The notes: generated by a model from the sequence alone, not told the origin. A DNA stretch of 64,000 bases from an uncultured Clostridia bacterium (GCA_944332995.1 CALVKR010000008.1:5125-69124); one strand, 5' to 3'. Positions 28,067 to 37,817 are shown, numbered from the stretch's first letter. Program-made: numbers and translations.

Positions 28067-28388
28067 GGGAAAGAGTATAAAAAAACCTCTGTCCCTATTA
28101 AGTTTAGGGAAAGAGGTATAAAAAAACTCTATCCCATATAATGTGCTGGGACAGAGTGCAATTACTCTGCGGTGCCACCCGGCTTGACGATAAAATCGCC
28201 CACTTATAAGATACTATCATATCTTCACGCAATAACGGTGCGTATCCGTCGCCCCTACCTTTCGGTTCGGTTTGCCCTCAAAAGCCCATTCGCTTAAGTT
28301 TTTCCTGCCGTATTCTCATCATCGACGGCTCTCTGTATTGAACCTTTGCTTAAGTTACTTCCTCTTTTTCAACGGTTTAACTATTAAA
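28067..28388 (-). promoter_or_regulatory. Trp T-box riboswitch leader of trpB2, with tandem terminators
   Basis: Stem I with AGAGAG and GAUGAG motifs, specifier UGG at 28288-28286, T-box AAGCCGGGUGGCACCGC at 28185-28170, terminators at 28157-28120 and 28117-28079. Promoter TTGACA-17-TACCAT at 28425-28397. Confidence 0.93.
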
Positions 28389-28609
28389 TTGAATATATGG
28401 TAACACCGCTCCGACGCCGTGTCAACAATTTTTTTAAAAATTTTTCTTTTTTCGGCTCGCTTTTTAAGCATTAAAACTTTTAAAATTAAAACTCCTGCCC
28501 GTTATTTACTTTCACCGTTAAGGTCTGCCCGTTATTTAATTTACTGCTGCACGTTTAATTTAAGTCCATGTCTATCCGGCTTTAAGTCGTAAATTTTATG
28601 CTTTTTTCG

Positions 28610-29050
28610 TTATTTCTTTCCGGTGGAGCCGAAACCGCCTTCCCCTCTTTCGGTTTCGCTGAGGCTGTCGCATTCCACGTATTCGACGGCAAGATAAGGC
28701 AATATGATAATCTGCGCCACACGCTCACCGTTTTCGATGACCTGCGGTTTATCCGTGTGATTGTGTATCGCCACCATAATTTCACCTCGGTAGTCGCTGT
28801 CTACAACGCCCACCTTATTGGCGGGGGCAAGTCCTCTCTTTAAGGCAATGCCGCTTCTCGCGCATACAAAACCGACGTAGCCCGACGGAATTTCCATTGC
28901 AAGTCCCGTATGCATAAACTGCGTTTCGTGGGGCGCGATTTCCACCGCTCCGTCCGAGAGTGCGTAAAGGTCTGCGCCTGCCGAAAATTTCGTTCCGTAT
29001 GTAGGCAATATCGCCCTTTTGTCAAGTTTTTTTACTTTAAGTTTTTCCAT
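28610..29050 (-). CDS. dut: dUTP diphosphatase
   Basis: SAGADL, RSG, GVVDSDYRGEI, ERVAQ, RGEGGFGSTG. True start at ATG 29050 (MEKLKV). Confidence 0.96.
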   Translation of the reverse strand: MEKLKVKKLDKRAILPTYGTKFSAGADLYALSDGAVEIAPHETQFMHTGLAMEIPSGYVGFVCARSGIALKRGLAPANKVGVVDSDYRGEIMVAIHNHTDKPQVIENGERVAQIIILPYLAVEYVECDSLSETERGEGGFGSTGKK

Positions 29051-29058
29051 TTCGACAC

Positions 29059-30168
29059 CTATATCGGCAATACTCCAAACGAGAATATCGCGCTGAAAAT
29101 ATATGCAATTACTATACTTATAACAAACATACTGCCTATTATGGCAAGATTGCTCTTTGTGTTTTTGATGTTTTTCAAAAGCACCATAAAGCCGAGTCCT
29201 GCATTCATACAAAGTCCGCCTATCGTCGCTCCGAAACCGAGTCCGCCCATAATGTAGAGACGTGAAAGTATGATTGAAGATGCGCAGTTGGGTATTGCTC
29301 CTACAAGCACGGAAAACACGGGAGCGGCGTATTTGTTGGTCATTAAAAAATCTATGATTTTATCTTCGCCTACATAGTAAATGATAATTCCGAAAACGAT
29401 ATTTATCACCAAAACGTAAACGAAAGTTTCCAGGGAATCGACAAGAGGATTGACCAAAAATCTTTTTATTTTTTGTTTTTTTGCCGCTTTTTTTTGTTCA
29501 TCTTCTGTCAGAGATTTTTCTTTAATCTCCGCATTGACGTCGGACTGCGTTTTAAATTGTGTAACATCCTCACCGGACGCGGCGTCGGCTGTATCGCCCA
29601 AAACTCCGCCGTCGCAATTTTTGTGCATATTTTCGCACTCCGACGATGCGCACTCCGAGCAGTTGCAAACCTCTTTTTCTTGATGATGACAATCGGGATT
29701 TTCAACGGCCTCCGCACCCTTGCAATCGGTAAGGCGAATCCTGTATTCATCGTCGCAATGTTCGAGATGATGAAGCACGCTCTTTCTGTTTTTAGTGCAA
29801 ATTAAATCGATACTATATCCTATAATGACGCCCAGCACAAATTTTAAGGCAAGTATGGGAAGAATATGAAGCGCCTTGTCGGGATATGCCAAAAATATGG
29901 GGAGAGCCTCGTCGCTTGTCGCAAGGTATACGCCGATTAGAGTTCCCACCGTGATATGCCTCTTTTTATAGAGGTCTGTGGCAACGACGGCAAATCCGCA
30001 CTGCGGCAATAGTGCGACGCTTACTCCTATTAAAGGAGCAAGTTTTCCTTTGAGCTTTACCGACTCGGACATTTTGGGCTCGATAAGCGCTATGACAAAA
30101 CGGCATACCAAAAGGAATGCCAAAATTTTTAAACTGTCTAAAAAAGCGTCTAAGAATACCTCACCCAT
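29059..30168 (-). CDS. Putative metal (Mn/As) transporter, DUF2899/ArsP_2-like
   Basis: LLPQCGF, TLIGVYLATSDEALP, GAIPNCASS, and a His/Cys-rich central loop. Confidence 0.75.
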   Translation of the reverse strand: MGEVFLDAFLDSLKILAFLLVCRFVIALIEPKMSESVKLKGKLAPLIGVSVALLPQCGFAVVATDLYKKRHITVGTLIGVYLATSDEALPIFLAYPDKALHILPILALKFVLGVIIGYSIDLICTKNRKSVLHHLEHCDDEYRIRLTDCKGAEAVENPDCHHQEKEVCNCSECASSECENMHKNCDGGVLGDTADAASGEDVTQFKTQSDVNAEIKEKSLTEDEQKKAAKKQKIKRFLVNPLVDSLETFVYVLVINIVFGIIIYYVGEDKIIDFLMTNKYAAPVFSVLVGAIPNCASSIILSRLYIMGGLGFGATIGGLCMNAGLGFMVLLKNIKNTKSNLAIIGSMFVISIVIAYIFSAIFSFGVLPI

Positions 30169-30260
30169 AACGCATTTATTATAGACCTAAAAAAATTTTT
30201 AAACAACGATAAACGCTTACTTTTAATTTTTTTTATATTTTAAAGTCAATTTCTATATAT

Positions 30261-30286
30261 AAAAAAACCGTCCTGTTCGGACGGTT
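30261..30286 (-). terminator. Intrinsic terminator after the oxidoreductase gene
   Basis: aaccgtcc-tgttc-ggacggtt with a T-tract on the minus strand. Confidence 0.75.
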
Positions 30287-30436
30287 GAATATATTCGGTT
30301 CATTCAAATTTAACACTTAAACGGTTTTAACCTATCACTTAAGCACGCAATTTATCTCGCATTTTTATCATTTTACTAAACCGATTTTATTTACTTAAAA
30401 ATTGAGATAAGCGTGCGTGCTCCTTTTAAAGGCAAA

Positions 30437-31756
30437 TTAAACGTAAAAGGCTTTGAGTTTTTTTCTCCACGCTTCCACTTTTTTGGAATCGTATTTTTTG
30501 GGTATTTTTTTCGCATACTTTTGAGCGGCGTTGCTTTTGGTGAGCATATTGTTTACCTTAAGCAGCGACGGTATTCTGCCCGCACCCGCTATTGCGACTT
30601 TTTTTATCATATCCTTAACGCTCAGTTTTATCGGCTTTCCGCTGGCGAGACGTCCCACCTCGTCGTTTGTCAAAAGCTCAGACGTCAAGATATAATCCAC
30701 TATTTCGTTATCAAGCTTCATGACGCCTCTCTTTAACACGTCCACTGCGCAGTGTTCCGCTCCGAATTTTTCGTAAACAGCGCACTGATAATTCCACAAA
30801 CTCTTTTTACCGAAAATTTCTTTTGCCTCTTTAAAATTCGCCATTGAATTTTCTACCGTTTTCGCCAGCAGGTCTGCCGCACGCATTGACGAGGCTATCC
30901 CGCTGCCGAGCATGGGAATGGTCATAAAGGCGCAGTCGCCAATCTCGGCATAGCCGTTTGCCACCATCATGGTAGAAGGATACCTCACGGGGATTTTGCA
31001 AACTATACCGCCCCTTAAAATCTTCTCTCCCACCGTCGGATTTTCTTTTTTAATTCTGTTTAAGTAGTCTTTAAGCGTTTCCTCTTTGAGTTCTTCAAGC
31101 CTGCCTATGAGCACGTTGACGAGCCGAGGGTCGTTGTCTTGAATTACCCACGCTATGCCCTTGTCGCCGAGATATTTAAGATAAACCTTGTTTGAATATT
31201 CGGCGGTAAATTTATCGTTTTTCTCGTAAAAGGCACGGTATGCCATAAACGCTTCGTCCGGATTGTAGCTGTCAAGGTCAAACTTTTTGACAAGCGACTC
31301 CCTAAGCGGCGAATCTATGCCGAGACTGTCGACGACAAAGTCCGCCCTATATTCGATACCGTTTGACACGATACCCGAAACGAAACCGTCCTCGACTACC
31401 GCACCCGTGACGAATTCGTCAAACTTGAACTCGACGCCCTCGCACAAGTCGAAAAGCGTTTTGTTGAGCGGACGCCTTTCTACGGAATAATCCGCCTTTT
31501 TTTCGTCCTGCCTAAACAGCCTTGCCTTTGAGCTGACGGGAGCGATAAAAGTCCAGCTTTTCTTTTTAAAGCTCTCCTTGGGCATTTCTATCCCCAACTG
31601 TTCAAACACGTCTGGGTTCACGTCGTCGTGCCAATCGTAACGCATTTCGTCAAGACTTTTAGCCCTCTCGAACACGGTAACGTCAAATCCGAGTTTTTTG
31701 AGTTTAGCGGCGGCGACAAGTCCGCCTATACCGGCTCCCGCAACTATAACTTTCAT
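30437..31756 (-). CDS. FAD-dependent oxidoreductase (geranylgeranyl reductase-like)
   Basis: VIVAGAGIGG Rossmann motif, IGDCAFMTIPMLGSGIASSM. Confidence 0.8.
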   Translation of the reverse strand: MKVIVAGAGIGGLVAAAKLKKLGFDVTVFERAKSLDEMRYDWHDDVNPDVFEQLGIEMPKESFKKKSWTFIAPVSSKARLFRQDEKKADYSVERRPLNKTLFDLCEGVEFKFDEFVTGAVVEDGFVSGIVSNGIEYRADFVVDSLGIDSPLRESLVKKFDLDSYNPDEAFMAYRAFYEKNDKFTAEYSNKVYLKYLGDKGIAWVIQDNDPRLVNVLIGRLEELKEETLKDYLNRIKKENPTVGEKILRGGIVCKIPVRYPSTMMVANGYAEIGDCAFMTIPMLGSGIASSMRAADLLAKTVENSMANFKEAKEIFGKKSLWNYQCAVYEKFGAEHCAVDVLKRGVMKLDNEIVDYILTSELLTNDEVGRLASGKPIKLSVKDMIKKVAIAGAGRIPSLLKVNNMLTKSNAAQKYAKKIPKKYDSKKVEAWRKKLKAFYV

Positions 31757-32090
31757 ATATCCTCCTCAGTCAAAGCGTTTAAGCCTAACGCCTGATTTTA
31801 AGCCGAGCGCAAAACAAACCATACAGACAATTAACTTCTCGGCTACCCGACGCTTAACCGCTTTATGGTACGGTCAAAATTTATCCGCTCGTTTTATGCT
31901 TGACGTATTTATTTTAAATCAAAATACGGCAAATGGCAATATGCAATATTTTGCTCCGCAAAATTTTTCACGCTAAGGCAAAAAAAGACGGCTCAAACAG
32001 ATTTAAGCGACGATTTAAAGTGAAAGCAGGTAAAAACAAAATCAAAAAAATATTATTGCAAATTATCTGTTATTATAAATTATCGAAAAT

Positions 32091-32118
32091 AAAAAGGCGC
32101 CGAAACCGACGCCCTTTT
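32091..32118 (-). terminator. Intrinsic terminator
   Basis: aaaaaggcg-cc-gaaaccg-acgcctttt, an imperfect GC stem with tract. Confidence 0.65.
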
Positions 32119-32144
32119 ACCTTACTCATATATATTGGTTTAAG

Positions 32145-32657
32145 TTATGATCTTGCAAACAGTCTTGACGCTCCGAAAACCCCTGCGCCGAGCACGCCTG
32201 CCGAAAGCAGAATAGCGCCTACGCCCATCTGGCTCTTTATCGTCGCCCACAATATGTTTACGCTGCCCTCTTCGCAGAACTTAAGGCAAAGCACTAAGAA
32301 TACAACGCCCACGACGATAGTGAGTACGCCGACAATTCCTATGATTATGCTAAAGAACCTGCCTCTGAAGAACAGCCCTAAAATGGCGAGCACGAATACA
32401 AGCGCCGACGCCACTACCGAAAGATAGGCAAACGCCACCATCGGACTCATCAGCGAATCGTCCTCTATCTCGTTGTCATGCAAACTTTTTACGGTATCGC
32501 TGTAACTTTCAAACGAGGTTGAAATTTTATTATCGTCGTTGCCGTAGTAAGTAAATTCGTCGAAAGTAAGACCGACAATACCCAATATAAGGCATATCGC
32601 CACAAGTGCGACGACCAAAGCCGCCCCTATGCTTACGCCGCCTGAACTTCTTGACAT
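32145..32657 (-). CDS. Four-TM membrane protein of unknown function (paralog A)
   Basis: One N-terminal TM, a long acidic loop, then three TMs. Start at ATG 32657 with AGGAG SD. Own promoter TTGACA-17-TAGAAT (32734-32706). Confidence 0.75.
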   Translation of the reverse strand: MSRSSGGVSIGAALVVALVAICLILGIVGLTFDEFTYYGNDDNKISTSFESYSDTVKSLHDNEIEDDSLMSPMVAFAYLSVVASALVFVLAILGLFFRGRFFSIIIGIVGVLTIVVGVVFLVLCLKFCEEGSVNILWATIKSQMGVGAILLSAGVLGAGVFGASRLFARS

Positions 32658-33120
32658 AATACACACTCCTTTTCTTCCGATTTAATCGGTTTATATTTTT
32701 ACTTTATTCTATATCACTATTTGCTGTTTGTCAACAAAATTTTTAATTTTTATTTACAAAATTAGTAAATTTTTTACAACTTCCAAGGTGCACAAATCTT
32801 TCCCATAACAAATTTTAAACACATCGGTGTTGCAGCGTGTGTATTACAGCATAACTATATTTCACAAAAAGTAAGCGACGTCAATAATTTATTTTCAGTG
32901 CCGATTGACCATATAAACGATATTGCCATGTGCCGCAACGTGCAAAAACGCCTTAACCGTTTTCGATATTAAAAGCAATAACGTAAAAGTCTGCTCTCTC
33001 GCCATACTATAGCCCGTGCATTTCGCCAAACGGAAAAGAACGGAAATAATATAATAACTATAATTAAAAATTATAAAATATAGCTATAAAATATAATATC
33101 TGCGGATAAAAAGCGCAAAT

Positions 33121-33151
33121 AAAAAAAGCGTCGGATATCCGACGCTTTTTT
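33121..33151 (-). terminator. Intrinsic terminator between the two membrane paralogs
   Basis: aaaaaagcgtcgg-atat-ccgacgctttttt. Confidence 0.85.
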
Positions 33152-33165
33152 TAAAAGGAATTTGA

Positions 33166-33696
33166 TTATTTCACAAATTTCTTGACAACCGTTGCCGCGC
33201 CTGCTCCGATAGAGCCGACAGCGAGCAAGATTGCACCTGCGCCGAACTTCAAAGTCTCGGTCGGGTCTAATGCACAATATGCGGAAGTCGTTGAAATCAT
33301 GATGATTGCGATAACGACCGTTGCAATACCTGCAATCAAAGTGAGCAAGCCCCAGAGTCCGCCCTGGAAGAAGAGCGAAAGGATAACCATAACGAGACAT
33401 ACAGCCGAAAAAATGACAGCGAGATATCCGAACGCTACGGCAGCCGAGAGTTTATCAGCGTATTCCACTGTAACATCTTCAGCACCGGCACCCTTTAATT
33501 CGGATTTAAAGTCTTGATAAGCTTCGCTAATATCGGTAAGTTCCTCAAATGAGGCTGTTGAAGCGGTCTTGTCTGCCACTTCTACTTTCAAATACTCATC
33601 GACGCAAACGCCTACGATTCCCAAAACGAGGAAAACGGCAACGAGCGCAACCATGACGATTGAAACAACGCTAATTTTGCTTGATTTTTTTGCCAT
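33166..33696 (-). CDS. Four-TM membrane protein of unknown function (paralog B)
   Basis: Same topology and shared motifs (LGIVG...DE; A..AF.YL.V; GAGAILL). Promoter TTGACA-17-TAAAAT (33775-33747). Confidence 0.78.
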   Translation of the reverse strand: MAKKSSKISVVSIVMVALVAVFLVLGIVGVCVDEYLKVEVADKTASTASFEELTDISEAYQDFKSELKGAGAEDVTVEYADKLSAAVAFGYLAVIFSAVCLVMVILSLFFQGGLWGLLTLIAGIATVVIAIIMISTTSAYCALDPTETLKFGAGAILLAVGSIGAGAATVVKKFVK

Positions 33697-34508
33697 AATA
33701 CATACTCCTTTTTTATTCCCGATAAATCGGTTGATTTGTTGACTTTATTTTACCAAATATATATACACCTGTCAATAGCGTGTTTTAATGTTTTTTTAAT
33801 ATTTTAAAGCATTTTTTGCGTTAAATTTTACGCTTGCAGGTTAAAAATAAAAAATTTTTAGTTTTAAGCACTTGTTCTTAAAAGTATGTCGCATCTCAAT
33901 AGGCGCAAACTCGTCAAAACAACGTTTTGACGAAAAAGGAGGAGCAATCAGTCTCTAAAACAGGCTCTTACTAAAACATAATAAATCATGTTTTGCCCTC
34001 TCGCCTTTCCCTCGCCTTTGCTCAAAAATCATTTTGCGAATTTATCGGTTGCTAAAAACCCAAGCAAGCAGCTTTGCTCCGACGCCGTAACAGGACTTGT
34101 AAGGAGCACAGCGACTCAGTAGCGAGATGAAATCAAGCGTCACAAGCTCGGAAAGACGGCTTAAACTCAAAACAAACTACGTTTGTTTTTTCGTTTTATC
34201 GTCGCTTTCCTCGCTTTCCGCAAAATCAGGTTTTTGCGGAATTTTTATAAGGTTTAAATAATTTATAATCTTTATCTTAGCGCCAAAGGCGCAAACCGAA
34301 AAACGTAAATTCATAACATATATAAATCATACAAAACATATTATCTCGTTTTTATGGCATAGCGAGTGAATTAAATTATGTATTTTAAGCGATAACTCTT
34401 TTAAAAAATTCGTGAAAGCCTGCTTTCACGAAAAGCGGCAAAACCCGCCATAAATAAAAGAAAACGACGTTGTCGTTTTCTGATAAATAAGGCGGTGTTT
34501 TGCCGCTG

Positions 34509-34595
34509 TGGTGCGGGTAACAGGACTTGAACCTGCACAACCTTGCGATCATAAGAACCTGAATCTTACGCGTCTGCCAATTCCGCCATACCCGC
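34509..34595 (-). tRNA. tRNA-Leu(CAG)
   Basis: GCGGGTATGGCGGAATTGGCAGACGCG...TT-CAG-GT...long variable arm...GGTTCAAGTCC...CGCACCA, with encoded CCA. Promoter TTGACA-17-TATTAT at 34667-34639. Confidence 0.97.
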
Positions 34596-34690
34596 ATACC
34601 GATAAAATAAGCTAATAAAACTTTTAACCTGCCTTTTGATAATAAGGCATACAAAAATTTATGTCAATCAAAACGGCAAAAAAAAGACGC

Positions 34691-35281
34691 CTAAGCGTCG
34701 TTTTCTTTTTCGTCTTTTGGCGATAACAGATAATCGCAAATCTCGTCAACCGCTTTTTTCAGCTGTTCCTCGGAGCCGTTGTTATCCAAAATGATAGTGG
34801 ATTTACTGATTAGCATTTTGTCGGCCTTTTGCGCTTTCATGATTTTGAGCGCCATTTTCATCGTCATATCCGGGCGGTTCATAAGCCTTTTAAGCCGTCT
34901 GGATTTTTTCGTCTTGACGTATATGACCTCGTCGAAGCAATCGCCCATATTAGCTTCTATCAACAGCGGAATTTCCACGAAAAGAGGGTCGCTTTCTATC
35001 GCCATTATTTTTGCTTTGATTCTTGGATGAGAAATACTGTTTAAAATGAAGCGTTTTGCCTTATCGGAAAATACCTGACGGCGAAGTTCCGCCTTGTCGA
35101 GCGTTCCGTCCGCCCTGCGAACTTCCGGAAAAGTGGCAAACAAAAGGCGGATATAATCTTTATCGCCAAAAAGCTCTGCGTTGATTTCATCCGCTTTACA
35201 CGTAACGTAGCCAAGCGATTTGATATAATCGATAACGGCGGATTTACCGCTTCCTATACCTCCCACAATGGCTACTCTCAT
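34691..35281 (-). CDS. coaE: Dephospho-CoA kinase
   Basis: GGIGSGKS, LNSISHPRI, VEIPLLIE, IILDNNGS. ATG at 35281 with GAGGAGG SD. Confidence 0.92.
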   Translation of the reverse strand: MRVAIVGGIGSGKSAVIDYIKSLGYVTCKADEINAELFGDKDYIRLLFATFPEVRRADGTLDKAELRRQVFSDKAKRFILNSISHPRIKAKIMAIESDPLFVEIPLLIEANMGDCFDEVIYVKTKKSRRLKRLMNRPDMTMKMALKIMKAQKADKMLISKSTIILDNNGSEEQLKKAVDEICDYLLSPKDEKENDA

Positions 35282-35379
35282 TTTTTGATTCCTCCTCACC
35301 TTTATATTTCCATTTTAGCACAACAGTTACAAATTTCAAGAGCGAACGCAATTTTTTTTGACAAATTTCGCCGTTTAAT

Positions 35380-36210
35380 TTATCTTTTTGAGCGACATTC
35401 GTCAAGAACGGCTTGCAACTCGTCGAGGTCGAAATCGGGGACGTATTCTTCCGTTGCCGAGCCGAGCTCCTGGGTATAACCGAAACTTAACCCTGCCTCG
35501 AAAAAAGCGTCTGTCGCCCTGTCGTATTCTTCCTCGCTAAGGCGTCTGTCATAACTCGTTCCCTTTACGGCAGGCACAGGGAAATACTGCGCCATAACGG
35601 ATACCACGCTGTCCTTGCCGATGGATGCGATGCGTTTAAAAACCTCTTTGGTGTTTTCCTCCTCGCCCGGCAAAACGAGGTGTCGGATTATCACGCCCTT
35701 TTTAATGAGCTTGCCCTTTATTATGTTTTTCGGCTGTTGGCGCTTCATCTCGCTTATCGCCTTATACGCTATATCGTCATAGTTTTTCGCTCGGCTGAGT
35801 CTCCACGCCAAAGCGTCGTCGGCGTACTTGTAATCGGGCAGATATACATCCACCAAACCGTCAAGTTTTTTCAGGCTCTCGACGCTCTCGTATGCCGACG
35901 TGTTGTACACGAACGGAAGGTCGAACCCCTGCTCTTTCGCCCTTTTTAAAGCGTTGGGAATAGAAGCGACGTAAAGCGACGGCGACACGAGGTTTATATT
36001 GTGTGCACCCTTATCCTTTAAATAAAAGAACAAATCGCAAAGCTCGCCCTCGGATACGTCGATGCCTTTTTTACCTTGCGATATTTCATAGTTTTGGCAA
36101 AACACGCATTTTAAAGTGCAACCGCAAAAAAACACCGTTCCGCTTCCCTTCTCGCCCGAAATGACGGGCTCTTCATAATGATGCAACCCTACTCTCGCTA
36201 TTTTAAACAT
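35380..36210 (-). CDS. Radical SAM protein, PflX-like
   Basis: EEPVISG..GSGTVFF, CTLKCVFCQN, HNINLVSP, YLPDYKY, IRHLVLPG. Confidence 0.87.
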   Translation of the reverse strand: MFKIARVGLHHYEEPVISGEKGSGTVFFCGCTLKCVFCQNYEISQGKKGIDVSEGELCDLFFYLKDKGAHNINLVSPSLYVASIPNALKRAKEQGFDLPFVYNTSAYESVESLKKLDGLVDVYLPDYKYADDALAWRLSRAKNYDDIAYKAISEMKRQQPKNIIKGKLIKKGVIIRHLVLPGEEENTKEVFKRIASIGKDSVVSVMAQYFPVPAVKGTSYDRRLSEEEYDRATDAFFEAGLSFGYTQELGSATEEYVPDFDLDELQAVLDECRSKR

Positions 36211-36211
36211 A

Positions 36212-36640
36212 TCACAAAATTATACTGACAGGTCCGTCGTTCGCCTGCTCGATGAGCATATCCGCACCGAATACTCCGTATTTAACCTTTACGCCGAACG
36301 CCTCTAACGCTTTGCCGAGTTTGATATAAAAATCGTTTGCCCTCTCCGGTTTTTCGGCAAGAATGAAATCGGGGCGGTTTCCCCTCTCGCACCTGCCAGC
36401 CAAGGTGAACTGCGACACCAAAAGCACCTCGCCGTCCACGTCGAGCACGGATAAATTCATTTTGTTATCCTTTTCAAATATCCGCATATTGGCAATCTTT
36501 TTGGCGTAATAATCTATTCGGCTCTCCTCGTCGCCGGTATCCACGCAGTAAAACACGACAAGCCCTTTCCCTATCTTAGATACCGTCTTGCCGTCCACCG
36601 ACAGTTTTGCGCATTTAACTCTTTGTATCAACGCTTTCAT
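36212..36640 (-). CDS. dtd: D-aminoacyl-tRNA deacylase
   Basis: MKALIQRV, VSQFTL, GNRPDF, FGADM, NDGPV. Confidence 0.96.
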   Translation of the reverse strand: MKALIQRVKCAKLSVDGKTVSKIGKGLVVFYCVDTGDEESRIDYYAKKIANMRIFEKDNKMNLSVLDVDGEVLLVSQFTLAGRCERGNRPDFILAEKPERANDFYIKLGKALEAFGVKVKYGVFGADMLIEQANDGPVSIIL

Positions 36641-36653
36641 ATTCCGACCTCTG

Positions 36654-37817
36654 TTACTCCGTTAAATTGTCGTCTCTCTTTTTGGGCGGCGCCCCGAAAA
36701 ACTGATAGAGCGTACATTCGATTTCACTGTTATACAGCTTCCGTTTTTTATCCGCCTTTTGCCCGAAATATTTTTCAAATGCGGGCGACGTTCCCACGAC
36801 ATATGCCGACCACTCGTCGAGAGAGCGGAACATCTTCCCGAAATCTCTGTATAAATTTTTCAGCTCCTCACCGCCCGAGAGCCTTTCTCCGTATGGCGGA
36901 TTGGTGATTATTATCCCGTGAGCATACCTGCTTGTAACGTCACGCATATCCCTCTTTTCAAAGTGAACGAGATTTTTCACTCCCGCCCTCTCGGCGTGCT
37001 CATAACTGAGTTTTATCGCACGGGCGTCTATGTCGTAACCGTAAATCCTCAGCGATATGTCTCTTACCGCCTTATCTTCCGCTTCCTGCCTTACACGGCT
37101 AAGCACGTCGGGGGCATTGTAAAATTTTTCAAAAGCAAAATTCCTGTTTATGCCGGGTGCCGTGTTCGTGGCAATCAGCGCCGCCTCGATGGGGATTGTG
37201 CCCGAACCGCAGAACGGGTCTATCAAAACTCTGTCCGCCCTGTAAAAGGAATTGAGTATTATAGCCGCCGCCATAGTCTCACGCATGGGGGCTATCCAGA
37301 CCTTTTGGCGGTATCCCCTCTTGTGCAAGCCGTCGCCCGACGTGTCGAGGGAAAGCGTCGCAGTATCCTCTACGAGCGAAAGCTCAAACGAATATCTTTC
37401 TCCGCTCTCGGGAAGCGAGACCAAACCGTTTTTTGCCGTCATCTTTTTGACTATCGCCTTTTTTACCACCGATTGGATTGCCGATAGCGCAAACAGCTTG
37501 CTCTTTACCGATTTTGCCTCAACCGCCACGTTGGCGTCAAAAGGCAAAATCTCGCCAAAGTCCACAGAGTATATACCGTCGAACAGTTCGTCGAACGTTT
37601 CCGCTTTAAACTCGGCAAGAATAATTCTCACTCTGTTTGCCGTTCGCAAAAACATATTGCAACGGGCAACGTCTTCCATACTGCCGATAAAATTCATTCG
37701 TCCGTTATATGACGGAATGTCGCCGTAGCCGAGCGACTTTAATTCTCTTTTCGTTATCGCCTCAATACCGCTTGCCGACGATACGCTTATTTTCAGCTCT
37801 CCGTCAAATATGCTCAT
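36654..37817 (-). CDS. THUMP-domain class I SAM-dependent rRNA methyltransferase (RlmL/YpsC-like)
   Basis: LRTANRV, SGDGLHKRGYR, APMRETMAAA, DPFCGSGTIPIEAA, NPPYGER. Confidence 0.9.
   Translation of the reverse strand: MSIFDGELKISVSSASGIEAITKRELKSLGYGDIPSYNGRMNFIGSMEDVARCNMFLRTANRVRIILAEFKAETFDELFDGIYSVDFGEILPFDANVAVEAKSVKSKLFALSAIQSVVKKAIVKKMTAKNGLVSLPESGERYSFELSLVEDTATLSLDTSGDGLHKRGYRQKVWIAPMRETMAAAIILNSFYRADRVLIDPFCGSGTIPIEAALIATNTAPGINRNFAFEKFYNAPDVLSRVRQEAEDKAVRDISLRIYGYDIDARAIKLSYEHAERAGVKNLVHFEKRDMRDVTSRYAHGIIITNPPYGERLSGGEELKNLYRDFGKMFRSLDEWSAYVVGTSPAFEKYFGQKADKKRKLYNSEIECTLYQFFGAPPKKRDDNLTE

Noticed and set aside
28408-34088. Exact 13-bp match GCTCCGACGCCGT at 28408 and 34076
   Set aside because: Tens of 13-mer pair matches are expected by chance in 64 kb, and there is no flanking similarity.
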